A stretch of 64,000 nt of DNA from NCBI RefSeq assembly GCF_030144855.1, contig NC_082727.1:29512001-29576000 (forward strand), written 5' to 3'. Numbering within the stretch: position 1 is the first letter of the stretch; each line of letters starts with the position of its first letter. Source of the stretch: Hypanus sabinus. Lineage: Eukaryota. This document shows positions 36,177 through 46,200 of this stretch, one piece after another. Under the pieces are notes generated by a model, which did not search any database, was not told the DNA's origin, and saw only the letters and a list, made by a program, of their open reading frames with translations. Made by a program: the position numbers and the translations under genes.

Positions 36177-39100
36177 ATGACTAATTTATTGAATTTTTTA
36201 AGTTTTAATGTTAATGGGCTTAATGGACCAATAAAAAGAAAAAGAATTTTAACATACATTAAAAAAATGAAAATAGATATAGCTTTCTTACAAGAAACTC
36301 ATTTAACGGATATAGAACATCAGAAATTAAAAAGAGACTGGGTTGGAAATGTTATTGCAGCTTCATTTAACTCAAAGGCAAGAGGAGTTGCAATTTTGGT
36401 TAATAAAAATTTACCAATTAAAATACAAAATGTATTAATTGATTCGGCAGGAAGATATTTAATTATACATTGTCAAATTTTTTCAGAACTATGGACTCTT
36501 ATGAATATTTATGCACCAAATGAAAATGATGTAAAATTTATACAGGAGGTTTTTTTGAATTTGGCTAATGCACATGATAAAATATTAATAGGTGGAGATT
36601 TTAATTTTTGTTTAGATCCAGTTTTAGATAGATCAACAAAGGCTATTACAAAATCAAAAGTAGCAAAATTAACTCTATCATTGATGAAAGATCTAAATTT
36701 GATTGATATATGGAGAAGAATCAATCCAAAAGAAAGGGATTATTCATTTTATTCAAATAGACATAAAACATATTCTAGGATAGATTTTTTCCTGTTATCA
36801 ACAAATATTCAAGATAGAGTGAAAAACATGGAATATAAAGCAAGAATATTGTCTGATCACTCTCCTTTAATAATGACAATGATAATGACAGATAAAGAGG
36901 AATCAATTTATAGATGGAGATTTAATTCAATTTTACTAAAACGTCAAGATTTTTGTGATTTTATGAAAAAACAGATTCAGTTCTTTTTAGATACAAATTT
37001 ACATTCAGTTGATGATAAATTTATATTGTGGGAAGCAATGAAAGCATATTTGAGAGGTCAGATAATAAGTTATACTTCTAAAATTAAGAAGGAATATATG
37101 ATAGAAATAGATCAATTGGAAAAGGAGATTATAAAATTAGAAAAAGAATCTCAAAGAAATATGACAGAAGAAAAACGAAGACAACTTATTAATAAGAAGT
37201 TAAAATATAATACACTCCAGACATATCGAACAGAAAAAGCAATTATGAGAACTAAACAGAGATATTATGAATTAGGTGAAAGATCACATAAAGTTCTTGC
37301 ATGGCAGTTAAAAACAGACCAGATTTCTAAAACAATAAATGCAATTCGAACAAAAGTGAATGAAATTACTTATAAACCTCTAGAAATTAATGAGGCTTTT
37401 AAGAATTTTTATTCTGAGTTGTATAAATCAGAATCAAAGAATGACGATGTTAAGATAGAAGAATTTTTATCACAAATAACTCTTCCAAAATTAAATACAG
37501 AAGAACAGAAGGGATTAGGTATGTCTTTTACAGTGAAAGAAGTTGAAGAAGCTTTGGGATCACTTCAAAGTAATAAATCTCCAGGAGAAGATGGTTTTCC
37601 ACCTGAATTTTATAAAAAGTTTAAAGATTTATTAATTCCTCCTTTTATGGAATTAATATATCAGGCGGAAAGAACGCATAAACTTCCAGAATCTTTTTCA
37701 ACAGCTATTTTAATAGTATTGCCAAAAAAAGACAGAGACCTTTTAAAACCAGCATCATATAGACCTATTTCTTTATTAAACACTGATTATAAAATAATAG
37801 CAAAAATCTTATCTAATAGATTATCTAAATGCTTACCAAAATTAGTGCATATGGATCAAACAGGATTTATCAAAAATAGACAATCGGCAGATAATGTAAC
37901 TCGGTTATTTAGTATAATCCATTTAGCACAAAAGAGGGAGGAAATGAGTGTGGCGGTTGCTTTAGATGCAGAGAAAGCATTTGATAGATTGGAATGGGAT
38001 TTTTTATTTAAGGTATTGGAAAAATATGGATTAGGAACATCATTTATAAAATGGATTAAAACCTTAAATACTAATCCCAAAGCTAAAGTAGTGACAAATG
38101 GTCAAATTTCAACATCATTTCAGTTAACAAGATCAACTCGGCAAGGTTGCCCACTATTACCTGCTTTGTTTGTGTTGGCAATAGAACCATTAGCTGAATT
38201 AATTAGAATGGACCCAGATATTAAGGGTTTCAGAGTTAATCAGGAAGAATACAAGATTAACTTATTTGCTGATGATGTTTTAATTTATTTAACAGATCCA
38301 TTACATTCACTACGCAAATTATCTTATAGACTAGAAGAATATGGGAAAATATCGGGTTATAAAATAAATTGGGATAAAAGTGAAATTTTGCCTCTTACTA
38401 AAGGAGATTATAATCAATGTCGATTAATAACTCAATTTAGATGGCCAGCAAATGGTATAAAATATTTAGGTATAAGAGTTGATAATGATATAAAAAACTT
38501 ATACAAATTAAATTACTTACCGCTTTTGAAAAAAATTCAGGAAGATCTTGAAAAATGGATGGCACTACCAATAACATTAGTAGGTAGAGTAAATACTATA
38601 AAAATGAATATATTCCCTAGATTACAATATTTATTTCAATCATTACCAATACAATTACCCCAGAAGTTTTTTCAAGAGTTAAATAAATATCTGAGGAAAT
38701 TCCTCTGGAAAGGTAAGATGTCCAGAATATCGTTGGAAAAATTGACATGGAAATTTGATCTAGGAGGATTACAACTTCCAAATTTTAAGAATTATTATAA
38801 AGCAAATCAACTTAGATTTATTGCATCTTTTTTCGAGAAAGATAAACCGGCATGGATTAGAATAGAATTAGATAAAATAGGAGAAAATGTACCAGAAGAT
38901 TTTATATACAAATGGGAATCTAAATGGATACGGGAAAAGAAAGAATCTCCTATATTAAAACATTTGATTGATTTATGGAATAAGATAAATGTTGATGATG
39001 AGATAAAAAAATCTTTATTAGCAAAGAGATCTTTAATTCAAAATAGACTTATTCCTTTTACAATGGACAATCAACTTTTATATAATTGGATTCAAAATGG

Positions 39101-39968
39101 GATTAGATATATAGGGAATTGTTTTGAAGGAGGTATATTAATGTCATTTGAACAATTAAAGAATAAATATAAAATATCAAACAACACTTTATTTTGTTAC
39201 TTTCAATTAAGGGCTTATTTAAGAGAAAAATTAGGTCAAACAATGTTATTGCCGAAATCTAATGAAATAGAAATTTTAATTCAAAAAGGAAACATCAAAA
39301 AATTTGTATCTTGCATGTATAATTTGATTCAAAGACAGGTAATTAAGCAAGGAGTCCACAAGTCAAGACAAAAATGGGAAAGTGATTTGAATATTAAAAT
39401 TGAAGAAACAAATTGGTCAAGACTATGCCTTGACAGTATGACAAATACAATAAATGTTCGGTTAAGATTAGTGCAGTATAATTTTCTACATCAATTATAT
39501 ATTACACCACAAAAAATAAAAAAATTTAATCCAAATTTATCGGATCAGTGTTTCCGATGTAACCAGGAAACTGGTACTTTTTTACATTCGACATGGTCTT
39601 GCTCTAAAATTCAACCTTTTTGGACAAATTTAAGACTTTTACTGGAACAAATTACAGGAACACAATTTCCTCATAATCCAATATTATTTTTACTAGGTGA
39701 TATTGAAGGGATAAAACCGAAACTCAAACTAAATAAGTATCAGAAAGAATTTATAAAAATTGCACTGGCAGTAGCCAAAAAAGCTATTGCAGTTACTTGG
39801 AAATCGGATTCACATTTAAGTATAGATTCTTGGAAGAAAGAAATCTATGGTTGTATTCCATTAGAAAAAATTACTTATAATTTAAGAGATAAATATGAAA
39901 CATTTTTGAAAATTTGGAGCCCTTATTTACAAAAGACAGGATTAAATATACAGATGCTTTTAAGATGA
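36177..39968 (+). CDS. L1 ORF2p (APE endonuclease, reverse transcriptase, C-terminal Cys motif), 1263 aa
   Basis: Endonuclease: NVNGL, LQETH, GGDFN, SRIDF, SDH. RT: KSPGEDG, YRPISLLN, LDAEKAFD, RQGCPL, FADD, KYLG. C-terminal CFRC...H...C. No stops or frameshifts. Confidence 0.96.
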   Translation: MTNLLNFLSFNVNGLNGPIKRKRILTYIKKMKIDIAFLQETHLTDIEHQKLKRDWVGNVIAASFNSKARGVAILVNKNLPIKIQNVLIDSAGRYLIIHCQIFSELWTLMNIYAPNENDVKFIQEVFLNLANAHDKILIGGDFNFCLDPVLDRSTKAITKSKVAKLTLSLMKDLNLIDIWRRINPKERDYSFYSNRHKTYSRIDFFLLSTNIQDRVKNMEYKARILSDHSPLIMTMIMTDKEESIYRWRFNSILLKRQDFCDFMKKQIQFFLDTNLHSVDDKFILWEAMKAYLRGQIISYTSKIKKEYMIEIDQLEKEIIKLEKESQRNMTEEKRRQLINKKLKYNTLQTYRTEKAIMRTKQRYYELGERSHKVLAWQLKTDQISKTINAIRTKVNEITYKPLEINEAFKNFYSELYKSESKNDDVKIEEFLSQITLPKLNTEEQKGLGMSFTVKEVEEALGSLQSNKSPGEDGFPPEFYKKFKDLLIPPFMELIYQAERTHKLPESFSTAILIVLPKKDRDLLKPASYRPISLLNTDYKIIAKILSNRLSKCLPKLVHMDQTGFIKNRQSADNVTRLFSIIHLAQKREEMSVAVALDAEKAFDRLEWDFLFKVLEKYGLGTSFIKWIKTLNTNPKAKVVTNGQISTSFQLTRSTRQGCPLLPALFVLAIEPLAELIRMDPDIKGFRVNQEEYKINLFADDVLIYLTDPLHSLRKLSYRLEEYGKISGYKINWDKSEILPLTKGDYNQCRLITQFRWPANGIKYLGIRVDNDIKNLYKLNYLPLLKKIQEDLEKWMALPITLVGRVNTIKMNIFPRLQYLFQSLPIQLPQKFFQELNKYLRKFLWKGKMSRISLEKLTWKFDLGGLQLPNFKNYYKANQLRFIASFFEKDKPAWIRIELDKIGENVPEDFIYKWESKWIREKKESPILKHLIDLWNKINVDDEIKKSLLAKRSLIQNRLIPFTMDNQLLYNWIQNGIRYIGNCFEGGILMSFEQLKNKYKISNNTLFCYFQLRAYLREKLGQTMLLPKSNEIEILIQKGNIKKFVSCMYNLIQRQVIKQGVHKSRQKWESDLNIKIEETNWSRLCLDSMTNTINVRLRLVQYNFLHQLYITPQKIKKFNPNLSDQCFRCNQETGTFLHSTWSCSKIQPFWTNLRLLLEQITGTQFPHNPILFLLGDIEGIKPKLKLNKYQKEFIKIALAVAKKAIAVTWKSDSHLSIDSWKKEIYGCIPLEKITYNLRDKYETFLKIWSPYLQKTGLNIQMLLR

Positions 39969-40059
39969 AACAATTGGTTACTAGGGGAAAGAAATAAATA
40001 TACATATTAAAATTATTACGAACTCCATGGAGCATGTGGAGATCTTCCAACCACCAGGC

Positions 40060-40096
40060 ATTCTTTCTTTCTTTCTTTCTTTCTTTCTTTTTTTTC
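40060..40096 (+). repeat. (TTCT)n microsatellite in the L1 3'UTR
   Basis: Read directly. Confidence 0.9.
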
Positions 40097-40216
40097 TAAG
40101 GGGTAGTTAGGGGGGAGGGGTTAAGGGGAGGGGGTATGGGTTATATACATTGTTTTTTTTCATACTTTGTAATCATTTAAAAATGCAATAAAAAATTATT
40201 TAAAAAAAAAAAAAAA

Positions 40217-40700
40217 AAGTCCCACACCACCAGGAGCGTCGAAGTCCTACGCCACCAGAAGCGTCAAAGTCCCACGCCACCAGGAGCGTCAAGTCCCACA
40301 CCACCAGGAGCGTCAAGTCCCACACCACCAGGAGCTTCAAGTCCCACACCACCAGGAGCGTTAAGTCCCACGCCACCAGGAGCGTCAAGTCCCACACCAC
40401 CAGGAGCCTTTAAGTCCCACGCCACCAGAAGCGTCGAAGTCCCACGCCACCAGGAGCCTTTAAGTCCCACGCCACCAGGAGCCTTTAAGTCCCACACCAC
40501 TAGGAACGTCAAGTCCCACGCCACCAGGAGCCTTTAAGTCCCACACCACCAGGAGCGTCAAGTCCCACGCCACCAGGAGCCTTTAAGTCCCACGCCACCA
40601 GGAGCCTTTAAGTCCCATGCCACCAGGAGCGTCGAGTCCCACACCACCAGGAGCCTTTAAGTCCCACACCACCAGGAGCGTTAAGTCGCACACCACCAGG
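40217..40700 (+). repeat. 24/25-bp minisatellite, right arm (about 20 units)
   Basis: Same unit with gagcgtc / gagccttt / gagcttc variants. Confidence 0.93.
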
Positions 40701-42524
40701 TTCAGGAAGCGTTCTCACCCTGCAACCATTAGACTCCTGAACCCATGGATAACTTCACTCACCTCAATACTGAACTGATTCCACAAACAACTTTCAAGGA
40801 CTCTACAAATCAGTATTTTTTAAATTATTTGCACGATTTGTCTTTTTTGCACATTGGTCGGTTGATAGTCTTTGTGATTTATACCTTTTTCACAAATTCT
40901 ATTATATTTCTTTATTTTCCTGTAAATGCCTGTAAGCAAATATATCTCAGGGTGGTATATAGTGACATAAAAATAGTTTGATAATAAACACTTTGAATGA
41001 GCTCAAAAATCACACTTGTGTTCATGACCTAATCTGAGATGACAATTGATGGAAAATACAGTTATAAATAACTAATCTCAAGTTCATTTAATATAGTGGT
41101 ATTTATTCCAGGTCTTAAAATACTATAGAGAGTCTTTAATTAACAACAGGAAGTTAGTGAAGTCTTCTGGCTATTGCTCCCCTTACCTTAAGTGACTGTT
41201 TTTCATCTTACTGTGAGATGTCATGGCACAGTTGTGCAGCAGATGGGGTCACAGATTCGCATGTTCTTCCTGCGACTGTCAGGATTCCCGCTGAGTGCTG
41301 AGATTTCTGTCATGTCTCAAATACGTACTGGCTGATAGTGACTGTAAATTGCCACTAGTGCAGGTGGATAATAGGAGAATCAGGTGGTAGGATTTAGAGT
41401 ATAGAACAGAGAACACGACAACACAATACAGGTCCTTGGACCTGTGAAATTGTGGCAATCTTTTAACCTACTCTAAAAGCAATCTTAACACTTCCTTCTG
41501 GCTTAGCCCTCTGGTTTTCTATCATCAATACTGTATGCCTATCTAAGAGGTTTTTTTAAATGTCTCTAATATATCTGCTCCCGGCTAAGCATTTCATGCA
41601 CCCACCACTCTCTGTTTCACAAAAGCTTACCTCTGATAACCTTTCTTCCAATCACTTTATAATTATCCCCCCCCCCCCTTGTATTAGCTGTTTCCACCCC
41701 AGGATAAGATCTCTGGCTGTCCACACAATCATCTTGTACAACTCTATCAAGTCACCTCCATCCTCTTTTATTCCAAAGACAAAACTGCTCAATCTATCCT
41801 TTTAAGACGTGTTCTTTAATCTGGGCAGCATCCTGGTAAATCTTGATGAGCCCAAGATAGAATAAGTTACTGGGTGATAATTGGAGTTACAGGATTAATG
41901 GAATTATTTCAGAATAGGCTCTGAAGTTATACTGCACAAACACAGACCATTCAGCTTATCGGTACCGATCAGGATGTCTATATACACTAGTCTCATATTT
42001 CTGCTTTGGACTTGCGCCCCTCTATTCCTCTCCTACCTATGTACCTTTCCAAAAACAGTACTTTTTAAATGCTGTAATTTTACCTGCCTCTCTCAGCTCA
42101 TTCCATATCCACATTCCCTCTGTGTAAAATAAACCTCACTTCTCAGATCCACTTTAAATCTTTCCTCTCTCACCTTTAGCCAATACCCTCTAGTCTTAAA
42201 CTCTCATACACAAAGCAATGATGATCTATCTTATCTGAACTTCTCCCAAAACATAAGGAAAATGAGAACTGTTGTGATCACATGTGAAGCAACATCTTTT
42301 GAATTTTAAATGAAATTAGTGTGGAATGTTTTAAGTTAGTTGAATGCTTTTGTAGCTATGTTTCTAAAGCTGGCAAACATGAAGTGTTTTAGAGCATTGG
42401 AATTTATCGGCTGTGTTTACAAGGCAGTAGGCTGACCGTAAATTTGCGCCACTCCATGAGAACCAATGAGGAAGGCTACAATCCAGGCAAGATGGTGCCA
42501 AGGTGCAGTTTCTGTTTCCTGAAT

Positions 42525-42892
42525 CCTGGTTTTATCTCTCCATCGAATACTTTTATTTTGGCCTTCCATTCATCCTGCTGAGCTTTGGTCTTTGCATCTA
42601 CTTTTACAGACAGCTTTTTGTCTCCCACTTGAAGTTCATGTAGTAATCTTAAAGCATAAAGAGTAGATTCTGGTTCTTTATGCTCAAAAAAGCAAGGCCC
42701 TTGCAACCTCACTGAAGCTCCATGAACTCTCTTCCAGCTTAAAACCAAGCCACATTTTGCAAGTAACTGCCTGACTAATACATCAGAAATTCTCTCAGAA
42801 ATTCATCACTTTCACGATTTCCCTCAGCAGCATGCTCCTTCCTTGGTCCAATATGCTTCCAACCAAAGGCCCAGAGGTTGGCACCAACACCA
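42525..42892 (-). pseudogene. RBM25: RBM25 processed fragment (N-terminal RRM region), frameshifted and with deletions
   Basis: VLVPT..VG/KHIGPRKEH..ESDE/ISERISDVLVRQLLAKCGLVLSWKRVHGAS..HKEPESTLYALRLLHELQVGDKKLSVKVDAKTKAQQDEWKAK matches the RBM25 RRM (recalled). No introns. Confidence 0.88.
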
Positions 42893-42934
42893 ATTTTCCC
42901 TCCATCGGGGAGTGGTTCATGGTGTGCAGCATAA

Positions 42935-44543
42935 AGGCAGGTGTGGCATGTGACTGGTGGATGGATCTCCAATTAAGTTGTAGTTCTGTCAGCCGCTCAT
43001 GTCCAGCCCTCCTGTTTTTACCACATACAAGCCCAATGTGGCTTGTTGGTTGTTGGATTTTACTGTTATGAGTGTCTTTCCCACAGGAGTTGTCTTTTCC
43101 CTAGTATAGGTTCTTTGATATCTGCAGGCTTCAATTTAGTGTCTTTGAAATGCCATTCAAATTCATTTTGTGGAATAGTTGAACAACTGAGCCAGTGTCA
43201 AATTCTGTACTAATTAATTTTCTGTTCACTTCTGATATAAGCCATATTGCTGGTCTATTGCTAGTTTTCACATTGTAAATCTCAAGGCTAGGAAGTCCTG
43301 TGTCACTCATCATTATCGAATTTTTCATCAACAGCATACAGATTAGTATGCTTAAGCACATCTTTCCCTCCTCCCCACCCTTTCCGCTTTCCACAGGAAT
43401 CGCTCCCTACGTGACTCCCTGGTCCATTTGTCCCACCACATCCCTTCCCACCGATCTCCCTCCTGGCACTTATCCTTGTAAGTGGAACAAGTGCTACACC
43501 TGCCCTTACACTTCCTCCCTCACCACCATTCAGGGCCCCAGACAGTCCTTCCAGGTGAGGCAACACTTCACCTGTGAGTCGGCTGGTGTGATATACTGCG
43601 TCCGGTGCTCCCAGTGCAGCCTTTTATATATTGGTGAGACTCGACGCAGACTGGGAGACCATTTCACTGAACACCTACGCTCTGTCCGCCAGAGAAAGCA
43701 GGATCTCCCAGTGGCCACACATTTTAATTCCACGTCCCATTCCCATTCTGATATGTCTATCCATGGCCTCCTCTACTATCAAGATGAAGCCACACTCAGG
43801 TTGGAGGGCTCCCCCTTTTCGATTCCCTTTTTGTTTATGAAACCAAGAGCGTTCTGCAATCAACGTTAGTTTCAGTTCTGAATGTTCCTGCATTATTTTC
43901 ATGATATCAACCAAGCTCATTTCGGATGGGTTGGTTGGAATAGTGAAATTTCTAAGCAAAGTGTAAGCCTTTAAACCCAAAGCGCACAGCAAAATTGGTA
44001 CTTGATTCCCATTGGCTATTTTATTTGTTTAAGTTGAGCGCATCAATCTTTCCAATGTGGCCGGCTATTTCTGATTGTTTGTTTTAGGATTATTGTCACC
44101 CAGTACTCATTGTTTATGAATCTGTGAATTTTCTGCTTTTTTTAAAACTCGACCCTATCTGTCTCCTTTTCTGAAGAGCACATGCTGTGTTGTTTTTTTC
44201 CCTCGACCATTTCTTGCTGCATATTTTTTTTTACTCGAACGTCTCGCTGTGCTTCAATGGGCAGATAGTCATCTTGGGTTTGTTTTAAATTTCCTCGTTG
44301 CCTCTGCTATGCTTTGTAACCTCAAGAGATTAAATTAATTAAAAGCAAAAGAGCTCGAGCTGGGAATGTGAGTCTAACTTTGTATTGACTTTGAGGCACT
44401 TGCTTGGTGGTGTGATGACATATGCCATTTATGCACTTTTGCCTATAATCAGCGATGCATTCTGCATTCTGTGAACAACAAAGTAGTCAAACAATACATT
44501 TACATTATTACTCAAATATTACATTAATATTAAATACACAGCA
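42935..44543 (-). mobile_element. Decayed Gypsy/Ty3 LTR retrotransposon: 5' LTR (~44305-44543), PBS, gag, protease
   Basis: PBS-like aggcaacgagg next to the LTR. Gag-like AGHIGKIDA...LGLKAYTLLRN...LIAERSWFHKQ. Protease EFDTGS. No RT/integrase or 3' LTR seen. Confidence 0.75.
43354..43808 (+). mobile_element. Penelope-like element fragment (GIY-YIG endonuclease) inside Gypsy gag
   Basis: CxxxxCxxC linker, then VIYCVRC...LYIGETRRRLGDHFTEH...PVATHFN. Confidence 0.88.
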
Positions 44544-45654
44544 ATTCCGATCCGCAAGTCACTTCAAGTCCACTGGGGAAATCAAAGGTCCATTATCTGC
44601 AAAACCACGAGTTGGTTGGAGGCCGAAGATTGCTTGCGCTGTTGTTGGAGGACTGAGTATGTGGGTGGGAGGGTGAAATGAGGTCTCTTTTGCTGTTGTT
44701 GGTTTGTTCTGTTTTGTTGTGTTTTATGTTGTTCTTTTGAGCACGGTTGGTGCCAGAATGTGTGGTAATACTTGGGGGATCACCACAGAGGTCTTGGGTG
44801 CATTGGTTGTTACCACAAGCAGTACATTTCACAGTAGATGTGTTTCAATGTACATGTGATAAGTAAATCAGAATTTGAAATATTTCCTCCAGGCCTCTCT
44901 TCACTCAGAAAACTGTAGCATGTATGCCATCTGCTGGATTCTGATCTATATTATAGGGAAAGCATTGCCAACAACATATTTCAGTCCCATTTTGAGCAAT
45001 ATTAGTCAAGTTCCAGTAAAAAAATATACATCATTGTGTTGCTTTGGATTTCCAGCATCTGCAGACATTCTTGTGTTTATGAAATATATCAGTTTATTAA
45101 TTTGAATGTCCCCATCACCTCTCCCCACACTGAAAAAGCATTTGGTCCATCAAATTCATGCCAGCTCCCAGCAGCCCAGCTCCCCTTCTTTATTTGCTGT
45201 ATCTCTTCTCGTGCCCTCACACCCCTTTGAATTTTTTTTGAAGTTTAGTTACACAAAGGGGTAATTTGCAATTGCCCATTCAGCTCCCAGCACATTGAAA
45301 CATCAGCCTGAAATGCATATGGTAATTGAAAGAATATGCAAATTCAAGGAAGAACCTTCTCAACCTCCCAAGGTTTGGGAGTTGTGGGTTAGCATTCTGA
45401 CTGTCATGCCACTGTACTTGCCTTTGCTAATAGCCATGTTTTCAGCTTTATTCGTCAGACCATATTAAATTAATTACTTACTGATCCAGCAGTCCAATGT
45501 CATGGATTCCTACATTAATTTATTGCGGTAATCGTCTGTAGTACAAGATCATAGAGAGGAACCAGTGATAATGCCTTCACTCCAAAATAATCATCTGTAC
45601 CTGCATGTTCTTTGAAAAGAGTAGGTGAACTGCAAGAGTAGTGTCATACATTGA

Positions 45655-46200
45655 TTACAGCTTAGTATTCAATACCATCATTCCCTCAGTACCAATCAAG
45701 TAAGTCTCAAGACATGAAGCTTATTCAAAGCCTGGGCCTCTGTACCTCCCTCTGCAACTGGATCCTTGACTTTCTCATTGGAGACCACAGTCAGTGCAGA
45801 TCTGAAATAACACCACCTCCTCGTTGACAATCAACAGTGCCGCACCTCAAGGGTGTGTGCTTCACACTCTGCGTGGCTAGGCACAGCACAAATGCCATCT
45901 ATAAATTTGACGATGACGCAACTTTTGTCAGCAGAATCTCAGATGGTTGTAAGGTGGCACACAGGAGTGAGAAAGATCAGCTAAATGAGTGGTGTCACAA
46001 TAACAATGTGGCAATCAACGCCAGTAAGGTCAAAGAATTGATTGGACATTTCAGGAAGGGGAAGTCGAGGGGTAGGCACACCAGTCCTCATTGAGGGGTC
46101 AACAGTGGAAAGGGAGAGCGGTTTCAAGTTCCTGGATGTCAATATCTCTGACGATCTATCCTGGGTTCAACATGCTGATGGAATTATGAAGCAAGCGTGC
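45655..46200 (+). mobile_element. Rex1/Babar-type LINE RT remnant. Other remnants at ~3740-4400(-), 34210-40990 (host of the minisatellite), 49380-49560(-), 49975-50305
   Basis: FNTIIP, LCNWILDFL, APQG, KFDDD, FKFL. The C-terminal motif LLPSGRKYRSLRSHTTMFRNS is present in the 4300-4400 copy. Confidence 0.7.

Larger units (their letters stand above)
34470..40216 (+). mobile_element. Full-length L1-clade LINE with two open ORFs
   Basis: G-run 5' end, ~146-nt 5'UTR, ORF1, 457-nt spacer, ORF2, G-rich 3'UTR, AATAAA at 40187, poly(A) 40202-40216. Candidate 15-bp TSD aagtcccacaccacc at 34455-34469 and 40217-40231. Confidence 0.95.

Noticed and set aside
40200-40700. CRISPR-like array or repetitive peptide ORFs
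   Set aside because: Head-to-tail units with no unique spacers, no cas genes, vertebrate intron: a minisatellite.
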